A stretch of DNA of 64,000 bases. Origin: Salinispira sp. GTDB lineage: Bacteria > Spirochaetota > Spirochaetia > DSM-27196 > Salinispiraceae. Shown here piece after piece: positions 1 through 10,261 of this stretch (position 1 is the first letter of the stretch; every line of letters starts with the position of its first letter). Where the stretch lies: NCBI GenBank assembly GCA_965226555.1, contig CBDDDG010000010.1, forward strand, positions 128,001 to 192,000. The letters are read 5' to 3'. A program made the translations under genes and the position numbers. The notes beneath the pieces were generated by a model. The model was not told the DNA's origin, searched no databases, and saw only the letters and a list, made by a program, of their open reading frames with translations.

Positions 1-1
1 G

Positions 2-871
2 CGCGCCGTCAATGTAATCGGCAAAGGACCTTGGTCTGCACCCGTAGCGGGAACGCCACTATTTTCTCCGAAACAAACTCCTTCGGGTACGGAAAAATCT
101 ATAAACCTTCCGGTTGCTCAGAATGCTTTTACTAATGCCATTATTGCCAATGAGAACCTCAACGTTTTGTTGACTCCGGTGAAATCGGGTACCACTCTCA
201 CGGTTGAAGAAGGAGACCTTAAAGTAACCCCCACAACTGCGCCCGCAGGAGTCACCATTCCGACAGTTGATGCGAATACTGGAATTGTTACGGTTACCGC
301 AAGTACAACAGCCGGAACATATGTAGTATATGGCGAAACAGAAACTGGAAACATAGTCTTTGCAGAGTATTTCTCTGTTACTGAGAGTCCAACAACTAAC
401 GCTGAACTGAAAGCAGCGGTAACTTCGGGAATATCAAACTGGGGCAATACTGCCGATTTCAACTACATTATTACCACTGCGGTAACGATTATGGCCCAAA
501 TATTCAATGAAGCAAGCGAATTCAATGGTGATATCTCACTCTGGGATACCAGCTCGGTAACGAGTATGTTGGGGATGTTCAATGATGCAAGCGCATTCAA
601 TGGCGATATCTCACTCTGGGATACTGGCGCGGTAACGGATATGAGCTGGATGTTCTATAAAGCAAGCGTATTTAATAGCAATATCTCGAAATGGGATGTT
701 GGCGCGGTAACGATTATGAGCAATATGTTCAGGGATGCAAGCGCATTCAATCAGAATCTTGAGGAATGGAAGGATCATTGGACGCTTACTAATGGCAAAT
801 ATACCGGAACGGCCACCCTGATGTTTAATTCTTCCGGCGTGACAACGCCTCCAACATGGTATAATAATTAG
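2..871 (+). CDS. FN3 + DUF285 (BspA-like) surface protein, 5'-truncated by window edge
   Basis: Frame is open from base 2 (RAVNVIGKGPWS = end of an FN3 domain), followed by a linker domain and four 25-aa 'MF..A..FN.DIS.WD...V' repeats; paralogous to 12079-16689 and 51580-53718. Confidence 0.9.
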   Translation, partial: RAVNVIGKGPWSAPVAGTPLFSPKQTPSGTEKSINLPVAQNAFTNAIIANENLNVLLTPVKSGTTLTVEEGDLKVTPTTAPAGVTIPTVDANTGIVTVTASTTAGTYVVYGETETGNIVFAEYFSVTESPTTNAELKAAVTSGISNWGNTADFNYIITTAVTIMAQIFNEASEFNGDISLWDTSSVTSMLGMFNDASAFNGDISLWDTGAVTDMSWMFYKASVFNSNISKWDVGAVTIMSNMFRDASAFNQNLEEWKDHWTLTNGKYTGTATLMFNSSGVTTPPTWYNN

Positions 872-952
872 TAGCGGCCAGCCCTGCGCCTCAACTCCGG
901 CAGGCGCGGGGGGAGAGAGTTCTTCCCGCGCAAGCTTATATCATGCTACATT

Positions 953-1249
953 ATGTATATGCCAAAACTTCATGATCTCTGTCAGCAGTTCTGGGAAGAA
1001 ATCACCATTACCCGAAATCATCCACAGAGCTATCCGCCGGAATTCATTATTGCGCAGGCGCATCGCTATATGGCAGAATCCGAGCGGGCGCGGGCTGGGC
1101 AGCGTGATGGCGCTGAGCAGCCGGATGGACAGCGTGCCGACATTATTGCACAGCATCTGGCAATCATCGCAGATGAAATGGACATTACACACTGCTCATC
1201 CGCCAATCTTTCTCAGCTAATTGAGAGCTTCTTCGGAAAAAAGACATAA
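953..1249 (+). CDS. hypothetical protein
   Basis: 98-aa ORF filling the gap between two genes; no recognisable motif. Confidence 0.4.
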   Translation: MYMPKLHDLCQQFWEEITITRNHPQSYPPEFIIAQAHRYMAESERARAGQRDGAEQPDGQRADIIAQHLAIIADEMDITHCSSANLSQLIESFFGKKT

Positions 1250-1313
1250 CCCCAAGACATTATTACAGGCATGAAGCTACCGCCCCACCCGGAATGTGCG
1301 CTGGGTTATTGGT

Positions 1314-2672
1314 CTATTGCTCCGCCGGAATGAGGCGGTAGAGGGCGCCGGCGCGTTCATCGGTGAGGAGGTAGATGTAGCCTGCGCTATCTACTCTGAC
1401 ATCCCGAACTCTGCCGATAACAGATGAGAGCATCTGTTCTTCTTCAGCCCGGTCCTTGAGCGGCCATCCTGATGCATTTTCCCAATTTTCCGGCAACTCT
1501 ATTCTTCTCAGATGCCTTCCGGCAAGCGCCCCCACAAAGAGCTGATTACTCCAGCCGCCGCCGTGGTCGCCATCGCTTCTGCCGCCGTGCTCGCCTCCGC
1601 CGACATCGCCGCCCCGGGCAAAAACGCCGGTTTCGGGGTAGACTGCGAAGCCGCTTGGCGCAATGGAGGGCGTCCAGTAAACGACAGGCTCCACAATGCC
1701 CGGCAGGCTTTGGTAGTTACTCACCTTGCTGCCATCGTAATTAATGCCGTAGCTGACCCGCGGCCAGCCGTAGTTGGCATTCGGTATAATGAGGTTGATT
1801 TCATCGCCGCCGCGGGGACCATGCTCATGCGCCATAATTCTGCCCGCTCCGGGGTGGTAGACCATGCCCTGTATGTTGCGATGCCCGTAGCTGTAGTTCT
1901 CCGGCGCGCCTGCGGGCAGACCGGCCGCAGTGAGTGGAATGCGGACAATACCCCCCGCGGCATCTCTGCGATCCTGCGCCCGTTCCCGATCTCCCCGATC
2001 GCCCACACTCACGAAGAGATTCCCCTCGGGGTCAATAACTAGGCGGCTTCCAAAGTGAATGAACTGCTGCGTTGTTTTTTCAAGCGAAAATATGAGCCGG
2101 ACATTGCTCAGGCGCATATTCGCCCGGTCGAAAATGGCAGTGTAGACAGCAGTTCCCGACAGCGCTCTCTCATCAAGAAATGCGGTCGAAAAATACAGAC
2201 GGAAATTCCGGGCAAAATGAGGGGAAAGAACAATATCAAGCAGCCCCCCCTGCCCCGCTGCCGATACCGCAGGAAGTCCGGAAACTCTGCGAACACGCGC
2301 CTCACCCCCCGCGCCCGGCCGGGGAAGATTACTGACAAACAAAAGTTCACCCGATCGGATGCTAACAAAGGCCTCCCGCGGGGTCACATTCTGCACCCAT
2401 CCTCCGGCAGATGGCGCCGAATCAGCCGAATCAACAAAAGCAGAGCCAGAGCCAGAAGCAGCCGAATCAACAAGGGCAAGGCTCCAGGGAAACGTAAGCC
2501 CCGGTACGAGGGTCTCAACGTGGTAATTAACACCGCCCGAACGATGCATCTGTAATGTCTTCTGGGGTGTCGTTTGGGGCGTCGTTTGGGCCTGCGCGCC
2601 GGGCGCGACTATGATCATGAGAAGCAGCGCAAGCAGGAGCGCGCTATGTGGAAATATCTGAAACTTTTGCAT
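1314..2672 (-). CDS. PQQ-dependent sugar dehydrogenase (glucose/sorbosone dehydrogenase family), secreted
   Basis: GQGGLLDI, HFGSRL, YSYGHRNIQG, EHGPRGGDEIN, NYGWP, SIAPSG and GRVRDV motifs; start placed at ATG 2672 (GGAAAGGA RBS, signal peptide). Confidence 0.9.
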   Translation of the reverse strand: MQKFQIFPHSALLLALLLMIIVAPGAQAQTTPQTTPQKTLQMHRSGGVNYHVETLVPGLTFPWSLALVDSAASGSGSAFVDSADSAPSAGGWVQNVTPREAFVSIRSGELLFVSNLPRPGAGGEARVRRVSGLPAVSAAGQGGLLDIVLSPHFARNFRLYFSTAFLDERALSGTAVYTAIFDRANMRLSNVRLIFSLEKTTQQFIHFGSRLVIDPEGNLFVSVGDRGDRERAQDRRDAAGGIVRIPLTAAGLPAGAPENYSYGHRNIQGMVYHPGAGRIMAHEHGPRGGDEINLIIPNANYGWPRVSYGINYDGSKVSNYQSLPGIVEPVVYWTPSIAPSGFAVYPETGVFARGGDVGGGEHGGRSDGDHGGGWSNQLFVGALAGRHLRRIELPENWENASGWPLKDRAEEEQMLSSVIGRVRDVRVDSAGYIYLLTDERAGALYRLIPAEQ

Positions 2673-2697
2673 AATCGTACAGTCCTTTCCGGCACAT

Positions 2698-2856
2698 CTA
2701 GTCCAACAGATCAAAAAATGATTTATCCTGATAGCATATCGGACAGGTCCAGTCCTCGGGGAGTTCTTCAAAGGCAGTGCCTTCTTCAATTCCTCCCTCA
2801 GGGTCTCCCGTCTCAGGGTCATAAATATAACCGCAGTTTGAACAAATATAACGCAT
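2698..2856 (-). CDS. rubredoxin (52 aa; not in ORF track)
   Basis: Manual translation [52 protein letters not shown]; CxxCGY...WxCPxC rubredoxin signature; GGAG upstream. Confidence 0.95.
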   Translation of the reverse strand: MRYICSNCGYIYDPETGDPEGGIEEGTAFEELPEDWTCPICYQDKSFFDLLD

Positions 2857-2917
2857 TTTTTCACCACTCCCTGATCTGTTGAAAACCCCGCCCGGGTACC
2901 CGCCGTTGTCGCCATGC

Positions 2918-2976
2918 CCGGAACATCACCCAACATTCCGGAACATCACCCACATTCCGAAACATCACCCAACATT
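2918..2976. repeat. three tandem ~20-bp copies spanning the metH stop codon
   Basis: ccggaacatcacccaacatt / ccggaacatcacccacatt / ccgaaacatcacccaacatt. Confidence 0.85.
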
Positions 2977-5900
2977 AAAGTACTTTGCCTGCGGATGATG
3001 TGCCACAAAGGCGCTGGTTGTCTGCTCGGGAACCATCTGTTCCTCTTCACTCACGGTAACACCAATGCGGCCGCTTTCCAAGAGCTCGCAGAGCAGGCGG
3101 TTCTGGTCGAGGTCGGGGCAGGCCGGATAGCCGAAGCTGTAACGGCTGCCGCGGTATTTCTGAATAACAAAGTCGCTGATGCCGGTGCCGTCATCCTCGC
3201 GAATGTTCAGCTCCCCCCGCACGCGCCAATGCCAGTACTCCGCCAGCGCCTCGGCAGTTTCCACACTCAGACCATGAAAAAGCAGATAATCCTTGTATGC
3301 CCCCTCCCCGTAGAGCCGCTGGCTGTGCTCGTGGGCGGCCATGCCGACCGTTGCAATTTGGAGCGCAATAACATCGCGGCGCCCGCTGTCCGCGGGCAGA
3401 AAATAATCGGCAATGCACTGCCGGGGCGCCGCCGGCTGCCGCGGGTAGGAGAAGCGGGCGATCTCCCTGCCGCTGTCGGGATGGTACATCACAACATCGT
3501 TCCCCTCGCTGTTACATTGAAAATATCCGTACATAACACGGGGCTGGAGAAGGCCTTCGGTGCGTGAGCGCGCTTTGAGTTCCTCGAACTCGGGGCGGAC
3601 AGTGTCGCGGATGAGCGCCTCATATTCTTCCTTCGAGAGCTTTCCCCGGCGGTATCCCCAGCGTCCTCTGAAAAGCACCTCTTCGGTAAGGAGGGGGTAG
3701 ACATCGTCAAGATCAATGTTCTCTGCCATGCGTATTCCCCAGAAGGGCGGCTCGGGAATTTTAACAGATCGATCGATGTCGATACGTTCCGGCGCATGTT
3801 TTTCCATACGCGGACGGGGCGGAGGACGCTGCGCGCGGCGCTGATGCTCGGCCTGAACATAGTCGGTCAGGGTATTCCCCTTAATAAGATTCATGGTCCT
3901 CAGCCCATCGAAGGCATCGGCGCAATACACAACCGGCCCATCGCTCAGCTTTGAACAAATATCCCATACGTAGGCAGGAGTAAGCGCCGCTCCGCCGAGC
4001 AAAACCGGCAGGCGGCAGTCCCGCCTCTGCAGCTCAGTCAGATTTTCGCGCATAATAACAGTCGATTTAACCAGAAGACCGCTCATCCCAATGGCATCGG
4101 CTCCGACCTCTCTGGCCTTTCTGATGATCGTGTCTATCTCACACTTAATACCAAGATTGTACACCTTGAACCCATTGTTGCTCAGAATGATATCAACCAA
4201 ATTCTTACCAATGTCATGAACATCTCCCCGAACAGTCGCCAAAACAATGCTGAGCTGCTCATCTGCCGATTTTTTCTCCATGTAGGGCTCAAGAATATCG
4301 ACCGAATGTTTCATAACCTCGGCAGATTGGAGCACAAATGGAAGCTGCATGCGCCCGTCCCCAAAGAGATCGCCGACAATTTTCATGGCCGGTATGAGCA
4401 TCTCATTGAGAATCGCAATGGGGTTATATGTCTCCAAAGCTTCATGGAGCATCTCATCCATCTGCATTTTCGATCCCTGAATAACCCGCTTCTGTATTAG
4501 CTCTTCGAGGGGGATATCGGCTGCGTCATCTTCTTCCCGGGCCTCTTCTCCCGATTTCTCATCGAAGTGCGCAATGAACTGGAAAAGCGCATTATCTCCG
4601 GATGGAGCATCTTCCGAAGTATTTTTTGTGTTGGCAATGAGATTCTTTGCAGCCTGAATGTCGGCATCTTCCAGATTGGCAAGAGCGATAATGTGCCGCA
4701 GATTAACGATGGCCATATCCAGCCCCGCCTCAACGGCCTCTGCCAGAAATACCGAGTTCAAAACCCTGCGGCTGGCAGCATTCAGACCAAAGCTGACATT
4801 ACTCAGCCCCAGCACGGTTCGTACGCCGGGTATTTCCGCCTTAATGCGCCGGATGCCTTCGAGGGTCTCAAGGGCAGAGGTCATCATGCTCTCATCGCCC
4901 GATGCGAGGGTAAAGGTGAGCGGATCAAAAATGATATCGCCCGGGCGCAGTCCGTGGCGGTGGACGGCAATGTCGAAAATGCGCTTTGCAACGGCAACCT
5001 TGCGCTCCACGGTTTTCGCCATGCCCTGTTCGTCTATTGTGAGGGCAATGAGAACGGCTCCATAGCGCCGGGCAAGGCGGCAGATGTTGTCTGCCCGTTC
5101 CTCGCCGTCCTCCAAATTGATGGAATTGATAATGGCGCGTCCGCCGTACAGCTGGAGCGCCTGCTCCATAACCGGCAGTTCGGTACTGTCGATGACAAGC
5201 GGAAGCGGAATTTGCGTTACAAAGCGGCTGAGGGTCTCCCGCATATCCCGAACCTCATCTCTGCCGGTATAGGCGACACAAAGATCAAGCGCGTGAACAC
5301 CGCTCTGTACCTGTTCCCGGGCAACATCGACCAGCGCATCCCAATTTTCATTGAGAAGAAATTCACGGAATTTTTTGCTGCCGTTTGTATTGGTTCTCTC
5401 TCCTATAAAAAAGGCTGAAAGTTCCTGACTAAGGTTTGCCGCGCTGAAGATACTGGCAACTGAATCGGGAAATGAGGGATTGCGCTCAGCAGGCGCAAGT
5501 CCCTCCGCTCCGCCTTCTCTGTCTTCTCCGTCTTCAGAGGACTGGCTGATCGCCTGATGAAGCGCCTTAATGAATGGCGGTCTGACTCCGCAGCAGCCCC
5601 CGACAAGGGTAACACCGTCATCTCTGATGAATCCTGTCATCTGCTCAACATAGTCATTGAGCGGCAGTGTATATACCATATTGCCGTCAACATTCTGCGG
5701 CAGGCCTGCATTCGGCTGCACCAAAATGGGGAGTGGACTGATGCGGCTGAGTTGGGAAATGTATGCCTTCATTTCATCGGGGCCGGTCGCGCAGTTCATG
5801 CCGATGGCATCTACCCCAAGCGGCTGAACAGCAGCAAAGGCTGCCGCTACCTCTGTGCCCACTAGGAGCGTTCCGCTCGTCTCAACGGTGAAGGTCACCA

Positions 5901-6468
5901 ACAAAGGAACAAAGCGCTGCTGCGCCTCCATCTCATCCTGGGACGCAAGAACCGCGCACTTTATCTGCAGCGGATCCTGGCAGGTCTCAATAAGAAGGGC
6001 ATCTACCCCGCCCTCAAGCAGACCGCCGGCGTGATCGCGGTAGGCGCTGTACATGGAAGGCCAGTCGGTATGCCCGAGGCTGATGATCTTGGTACCCGGC
6101 CCAATTGAGCCTGCCGCAAAACGGGGTGTGCTGCCGCCCGCTCCATCTCCGCTGCTGTGGGCATCTATTGCGGCTCGGGCAATGTCTGCCGAAAGACGGC
6201 TAATCTCCCGGGCTCGTTCGGCAATGTTATATTCTGCCAGAACAATGGCATTGGAACCAAAGCTGTTCGTTTCAATGACATCGCTGCCCGCAGCAAGATA
6301 CGATTCATGTATGCCCCGAATTTTTTCCGGCGCGCTCACGTTCAGAATTTCACTGCAGCCGAGCAGTCCCAGATACTCTTCCGGCGACGGATCCAGTTCA
6401 TGAATTTCCGTGCCCATGGGGCCGTCAAAGAGGGTAATTCCTGTCTCAATGCGTTTACTGAAGGTCAT
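2965..6468 (-). CDS. metH: B12-dependent methionine synthase
   Basis: Hcy-binding domain (GMNCATGP, GGCCG), pterin-binding domain (IGERTN), cobalamin motif DVHDIGKN, activation domain RYSFGYPACPD. Confidence 0.97.
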   Translation of the reverse strand: MTFSKRIETGITLFDGPMGTEIHELDPSPEEYLGLLGCSEILNVSAPEKIRGIHESYLAAGSDVIETNSFGSNAIVLAEYNIAERAREISRLSADIARAAIDAHSSGDGAGGSTPRFAAGSIGPGTKIISLGHTDWPSMYSAYRDHAGGLLEGGVDALLIETCQDPLQIKCAVLASQDEMEAQQRFVPLLVTFTVETSGTLLVGTEVAAAFAAVQPLGVDAIGMNCATGPDEMKAYISQLSRISPLPILVQPNAGLPQNVDGNMVYTLPLNDYVEQMTGFIRDDGVTLVGGCCGVRPPFIKALHQAISQSSEDGEDREGGAEGLAPAERNPSFPDSVASIFSAANLSQELSAFFIGERTNTNGSKKFREFLLNENWDALVDVAREQVQSGVHALDLCVAYTGRDEVRDMRETLSRFVTQIPLPLVIDSTELPVMEQALQLYGGRAIINSINLEDGEERADNICRLARRYGAVLIALTIDEQGMAKTVERKVAVAKRIFDIAVHRHGLRPGDIIFDPLTFTLASGDESMMTSALETLEGIRRIKAEIPGVRTVLGLSNVSFGLNAASRRVLNSVFLAEAVEAGLDMAIVNLRHIIALANLEDADIQAAKNLIANTKNTSEDAPSGDNALFQFIAHFDEKSGEEAREEDDAADIPLEELIQKRVIQGSKMQMDEMLHEALETYNPIAILNEMLIPAMKIVGDLFGDGRMQLPFVLQSAEVMKHSVDILEPYMEKKSADEQLSIVLATVRGDVHDIGKNLVDIILSNNGFKVYNLGIKCEIDTIIRKAREVGADAIGMSGLLVKSTVIMRENLTELQRRDCRLPVLLGGAALTPAYVWDICSKLSDGPVVYCADAFDGLRTMNLIKGNTLTDYVQAEHQRRAQRPPPRPRMEKHAPERIDIDRSVKIPEPPFWGIRMAENIDLDDVYPLLTEEVLFRGRWGYRRGKLSKEEYEALIRDTVRPEFEELKARSRTEGLLQPRVMYGYFQCNSEGNDVVMYHPDSGREIARFSYPRQPAAPRQCIADYFLPADSGRRDVIALQIATVGMAAHEHSQRLYGEGAYKDYLLFHGLSVETAEALAEYWHWRVRGELNIREDDGTGISDFVIQKYRGSRYSFGYPACPDLDQNRLLCELLESGRIGVTVSEEEQMVPEQTTSAFVAHHPQAKYFNVG

Positions 6469-6489
6469 CCTGCAATTCCTGTTCCGGTA

Positions 6490-6846
6490 TTATTCCCGGA
6501 CATTAGCCCGGATGTCGGGAATATCTGCGGGGTTTTCCTGTTTTTCTGCTTCTGCTTCTGAATTTCCCGGCCCCCGGTAAAAACGGCGATACGCGCCCAC
6601 GAGCTCAGGTATACTGCCGCGCTCCGGCACCGGGTCATCACCCATGGCAAACCAACTCCAGCAACGAAGTATTCTTCCCAATCCAAGAACAATACCCCTG
6701 AGTATGCCATGTGTCAACATTGCCCTCCGGCAATACTCGGAACAGCTCGGATAATAACGGCAGCGCCGGGGAAACAGCGGAGAGATGATCCGCTGATACA
6801 GGATGATCGGAAAGGTTAATATACGGCGGAAAATCGGAAATGCCAT
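6490..6846 (-). CDS. yidD: membrane protein insertion efficiency factor YidD
   Basis: YQRIISP..CRYYPSCSEY...HG...G..RILRC......G.DPVP signature. Confidence 0.92.
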   Translation of the reverse strand: MAFPIFRRILTFPIILYQRIISPLFPRRCRYYPSCSEYCRRAMLTHGILRGIVLGLGRILRCWSWFAMGDDPVPERGSIPELVGAYRRFYRGPGNSEAEAEKQENPADIPDIRANVRE

Positions 6847-8423
6847 TATTTTTCCTTTAAATGAAATATCATTTCTGAATATGCCGATGTATCTTTTTCT
6901 GTTCTGTTTAAAACTGGTCTTTTATATGTATGTACAATTTTCATTCCTCCCTTTTCTGCGATAGTCGGATACATATTGTATTTATCGTTTGCCACCAGAA
7001 AAATATCGTAGTCTTCCTGCAAGTAGCGCTTTGAGTTAAGTAAAACATGCGCGACACCCTCAATATATGAATTGCGGGCTTCTTTACCCTGCCCTTTATA
7101 CAGGGGGCCGACTTCCAATGTATCGTTGCGTTCAAAACCAAATAAATCATATGCATACGCGTGTTGTTCATGATAATTAATTAAACCAACATACGGAGGG
7201 CTTGAAAAAATTCCTTTAATTTTTTGTTGCGTAACTAATTTTGCAAAATGAGGATTCCGCGCTTCCAGATCTGCCAAAATATGAATGTTTCGCGCATCTC
7301 CCTGTAAACAGGTTTGAAAAGTATTCGAACGGAGCTTATCAAATTCATACAGCCGTTTTACCGTGTCCTGACTATATCTTTCCCACCATGAAAATATTGA
7401 AAACAATGGTTTGCATATTTTTCCATGTTTTCTACAATAGTATGTTTGAGTGACCGGCTCTTTCAGAGTAGCGAGATCTGCGTGTGTTGTTGCTCTGCAG
7501 GACCTCATTGTCCGGCTTAATATTATTGTAAGTATTCGTTTTGTAATGGGATTTTCAACTCTCTTAAGGTGCTCGAAAGTAAAATCTATTTCATCTCTTA
7601 CTGATGTGAGATACCATTTTTCAAGAAAATTGCCCGCTTTGTTTTGTGTGAGTGTAAGATTATATTTTTCCCGTAGTTTATTGAAAGTTTGAACAAATAC
7701 TTTTTCCTGCTTCTGAGCATACTCTTTTTCGTTTATGTTCTTTTGTTGTACTTTAATTTTATAATCGGGCGAAGGAAAATAGTTTTTATTGAAAACCTGC
7801 AATTCCGCAACTAACTCATTTTCAAATTGAGCGTTGTTATTATGCGAAATAAAATCTTTTAAAGCGGCGGTAATATTTTTTATTTCGTTTTTGAGATCAT
7901 CAAAATCGACCTTACCTACCTTAACATTTGCAATAAGTACATTAAATGCTGAAATATCAATGCCTATTGCGTGTATTCCCAATTCATTAGCCTGAACCAT
8001 GGTTGTCCCGCTCCCTGAGAATGGGTCTAAAACAATATCGCCCTTTTTGAAAGAGACTTTCTCTTTAAAGTTGTCGGTATGATTGTCTAAAAAATATTCG
8101 ACAAGTTGCGGTATAAACTTCCCCTTGTAGGGGTGCAGTCTATGAATGTGCTTTGTTGTATCTCTTTCTTTAACATGATCGAATGATAATGCCCAATTTA
8201 AATCGTCCCCGAGTTTTTCTCTCCAATGAGCCTCTCTCCGCCCGTTAAAACTTTTGTAATACGCTATGAGGTCATCTTTATTAACAGAGGTACTCCCGTT
8301 TTTGCCATATTTTGTAACTTTCCCGTATTGAATGAGATACGAGATATTCGAAGTGGTAACTTCCTTCTTCAAATAGCGGCTCGCCCATACACTGGCTTCG
8401 CCTATTGTCAATAATTCAGTCAT
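6846..8423 (-). CDS. site-specific DNA methyltransferase (amino-MTase, probably m4C) with N-terminal HTH-like region
   Basis: HPYKGKFIPQL, motif I DPFSGSGTT, motif IV SSPPY; visibly AT-rich relative to flanks; GGAGGAG RBS; stop overlaps yidD start (TAATG). Confidence 0.9.
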   Translation of the reverse strand: MTELLTIGEASVWASRYLKKEVTTSNISYLIQYGKVTKYGKNGSTSVNKDDLIAYYKSFNGRREAHWREKLGDDLNWALSFDHVKERDTTKHIHRLHPYKGKFIPQLVEYFLDNHTDNFKEKVSFKKGDIVLDPFSGSGTTMVQANELGIHAIGIDISAFNVLIANVKVGKVDFDDLKNEIKNITAALKDFISHNNNAQFENELVAELQVFNKNYFPSPDYKIKVQQKNINEKEYAQKQEKVFVQTFNKLREKYNLTLTQNKAGNFLEKWYLTSVRDEIDFTFEHLKRVENPITKRILTIILSRTMRSCRATTHADLATLKEPVTQTYYCRKHGKICKPLFSIFSWWERYSQDTVKRLYEFDKLRSNTFQTCLQGDARNIHILADLEARNPHFAKLVTQQKIKGIFSSPPYVGLINYHEQHAYAYDLFGFERNDTLEVGPLYKGQGKEARNSYIEGVAHVLLNSKRYLQEDYDIFLVANDKYNMYPTIAEKGGMKIVHTYKRPVLNRTEKDTSAYSEMIFHLKEK

Positions 8424-8645
8424 ATGTAATTACCTACTCCTCCGTATTCTATATCTATAACAGAAATTATCTTTTTCGTCATTAAAAAAAATGGAGAATA
8501 AAGTTTTGCAAAAGTTTCGATTGACCTGATCCCGCCGCATGGCGAGCCGGAGGAGCACGCCTCTGACCAGCCCAAGCGTACGCCGATCAGCCGTCTCAGC
8601 AACAGTCGCATGGGCGAGCAACGCCGACCAACCTAGGAGGAGCGG

Positions 8646-8747
8646 CTACGCTTTACCGTTTTTGTTTTTCTGAAATGCTCGAATGTCATCTCCGCTGAGC
8701 TCAGTGTACTTATGAATAAAGTCTATCAACAGACCCTCCCTGAGCAT
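8646..8747 (-). pseudogene. orphan 3' fragment of an Rpn-family gene (33 aa)
   Basis: MLREGLLIDFIHKYTELSGDDIRAFQKNKNGKA* aligns with the C-terminus of the array Rpns (MLRKGISMDIIHDITNLSGDEIRTFQKNGEA). Confidence 0.75.
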
Positions 8748-8823
8748 TCCTGAAGGAACTGGTATGTGAGGTTGATCTGAATGTTGATATTATCCGCTCT
8801 GCGCGCAGGCCGAGCGGCGATAA

Positions 8824-9135
8824 TTAATGCGATCCGTTCCGCACTGTCCGCATTTCCTCATCGCTCAGCCCGGTAATCCTCTGAACAGCCTCGGTCGACA
8901 ACCCTTCCGAAAACATACTGCGGGCCGTTTCTCGAATGCCGTCTTCACGACCTTTCAGAATACCTTTCTCAATGCCTTCAGCCCGGCCCTTTGTGATACC
9001 CTGCTCAAGACCTTCAACCCTGCCTTTCAGAATACCCTTCTCCATTCCTTTCAGAATACCTTTCTCCATTCCTTTCAGAATACCTTTCTCCATGCCTTCC
9101 CTGACGAAGGCGTTGGTAATATTATATGTCCGCAT
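8824..9135 (-). CDS. putative internally initiated small Rpn protein (RpnS-like, 103 aa)
   Basis: GAAGGAGAAAACAGT-ATG in frame inside the Rpn gene. Confidence 0.65.
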   Translation of the reverse strand: MRTYNITNAFVREGMEKGILKGMEKGILKGMEKGILKGRVEGLEQGITKGRAEGIEKGILKGREDGIRETARSMFSEGLSTEAVQRITGLSDEEMRTVRNGSH

Positions 9136-9885
9136 ACTGTTTTCTCCTTCAGGATATAGTTCCCTGTTAATTTTCTCAAACTGCTCATACAGTCCCAGAT
9201 CTTTCAGATAGCCTAGCACACTCTCTGCCAGATCAGCAAAGTCTTGTGATGACAGACCGTTTAGGAGCTGCGCAATTTCTTTCAGCCCCTCAGCATCCAT
9301 TTTATTATCTCGCATTATATACCACAACGCAGTTGATGTATATCGTTTTCCATCGAAACGCCATGCCAACTGTTTCTTGTCCATTCTCCTCAGATCACGC
9401 ACAATGTACGACACTTTTACCCTGACATCCACCGTGCCTTCGATCATAGTTTCGGAAGCAGCATTTCCATGTGAACTGTAAAATGTGAGTGGGAGGTTCC
9501 ATTCCTTTTTTCCGTGGTAGAACAGAAGTATATAGATAGCATCATTTTCATTGTACACATTGCTGTTTCTGAGGGCATGCTGATAGTTATCGATTTGAGT
9601 GAGAGCATGTTTGTGCTGGTAGCTTTTATGCTCAGTAATAAACAGAGCTTTTCGGTCGGGGTCTGACAGGAAGGGGGCACTGACAACGAGATCGCAGTGA
9701 AGGTTCTTTTTTCCTGCAATGTAGCTGGGTGTTTCAATGCGGATTTTGTCCAGGTCCAGCTTGGTAAGCGTTGTATCCTCACAGAACAGCCGCAGTAGAT
9801 CGGGAATCAGCTGGGGGGTTCTGTAGTAGGCGATCTTGAAGGCTATGTCGTGGATGTGGCCTGTGCTGTGGGATGATTTTTTCAT
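8824..9885 (-). CDS. Rpn family recombination-promoting nuclease / putative transposase (PD-(D/E)XK)
   Basis: HDIAFK, CDLVVS, EHKSY, YHG...W motifs; EKG/EQG repeats; C-terminal ITGLS.EE helix motif. Confidence 0.9.
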   Translation of the reverse strand: MKKSSHSTGHIHDIAFKIAYYRTPQLIPDLLRLFCEDTTLTKLDLDKIRIETPSYIAGKKNLHCDLVVSAPFLSDPDRKALFITEHKSYQHKHALTQIDNYQHALRNSNVYNENDAIYILLFYHGKKEWNLPLTFYSSHGNAASETMIEGTVDVRVKVSYIVRDLRRMDKKQLAWRFDGKRYTSTALWYIMRDNKMDAEGLKEIAQLLNGLSSQDFADLAESVLGYLKDLGLYEQFEKINRELYPEGENSMRTYNITNAFVREGMEKGILKGMEKGILKGMEKGILKGRVEGLEQGITKGRAEGIEKGILKGREDGIRETARSMFSEGLSTEAVQRITGLSDEEMRTVRNGSH

Positions 9886-10190
9886 AAATATCTCCTGCTA
9901 TATCTATAACGGGAGAACTGTCATTTTTGACTGTGTTTTTTGAGAGAATTTGAAAGAATGTTGTGATTTTCAAAGGTGGATTGATATGAATTGCCCGGTA
10001 AGAGAGTATTCGGTGTTTCGGGCATTAAGGCAGAGAACCAGCAGTTTCCGGCGGCGGGTGCGCTCAGGGAGCTCGGGATAGCGCGGCTATGGCGATATCC
10101 GACTGACTGCGTAAGATAGCCCGAAAATTGAGCGCGTGGGTCAGAATAGGCGAGGTACATATGAATGGTGTATGACAAAATGAGAAAGTT
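9886..10190 (-). repeat. conserved Rpn leader (dispersed copy of the array leader)
   Basis: Reverse complement closely matches 55333-55663, 56781-57048, 59988-60318 and 61436-61766. Confidence 0.85.
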
Positions 10191-10261
10191 TTAGAAAAAT
10201 TTTGCAAAAAACGCAAATTTCTCATGGCATGACCCCGCAGGAGAATGCGGGGCGGGCAGCA

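Noticed and set aside
2673..2936. N-terminal extension of the 540-aa ORF
   Set aside because: Overlaps the rubredoxin gene in another frame; the real start with RBS and signal peptide is at 2672
6469..6489. SAM or cobalamin riboswitch upstream of metH
   Set aside because: Only 21 bp separate yidD and metH; no riboswitch motif seen
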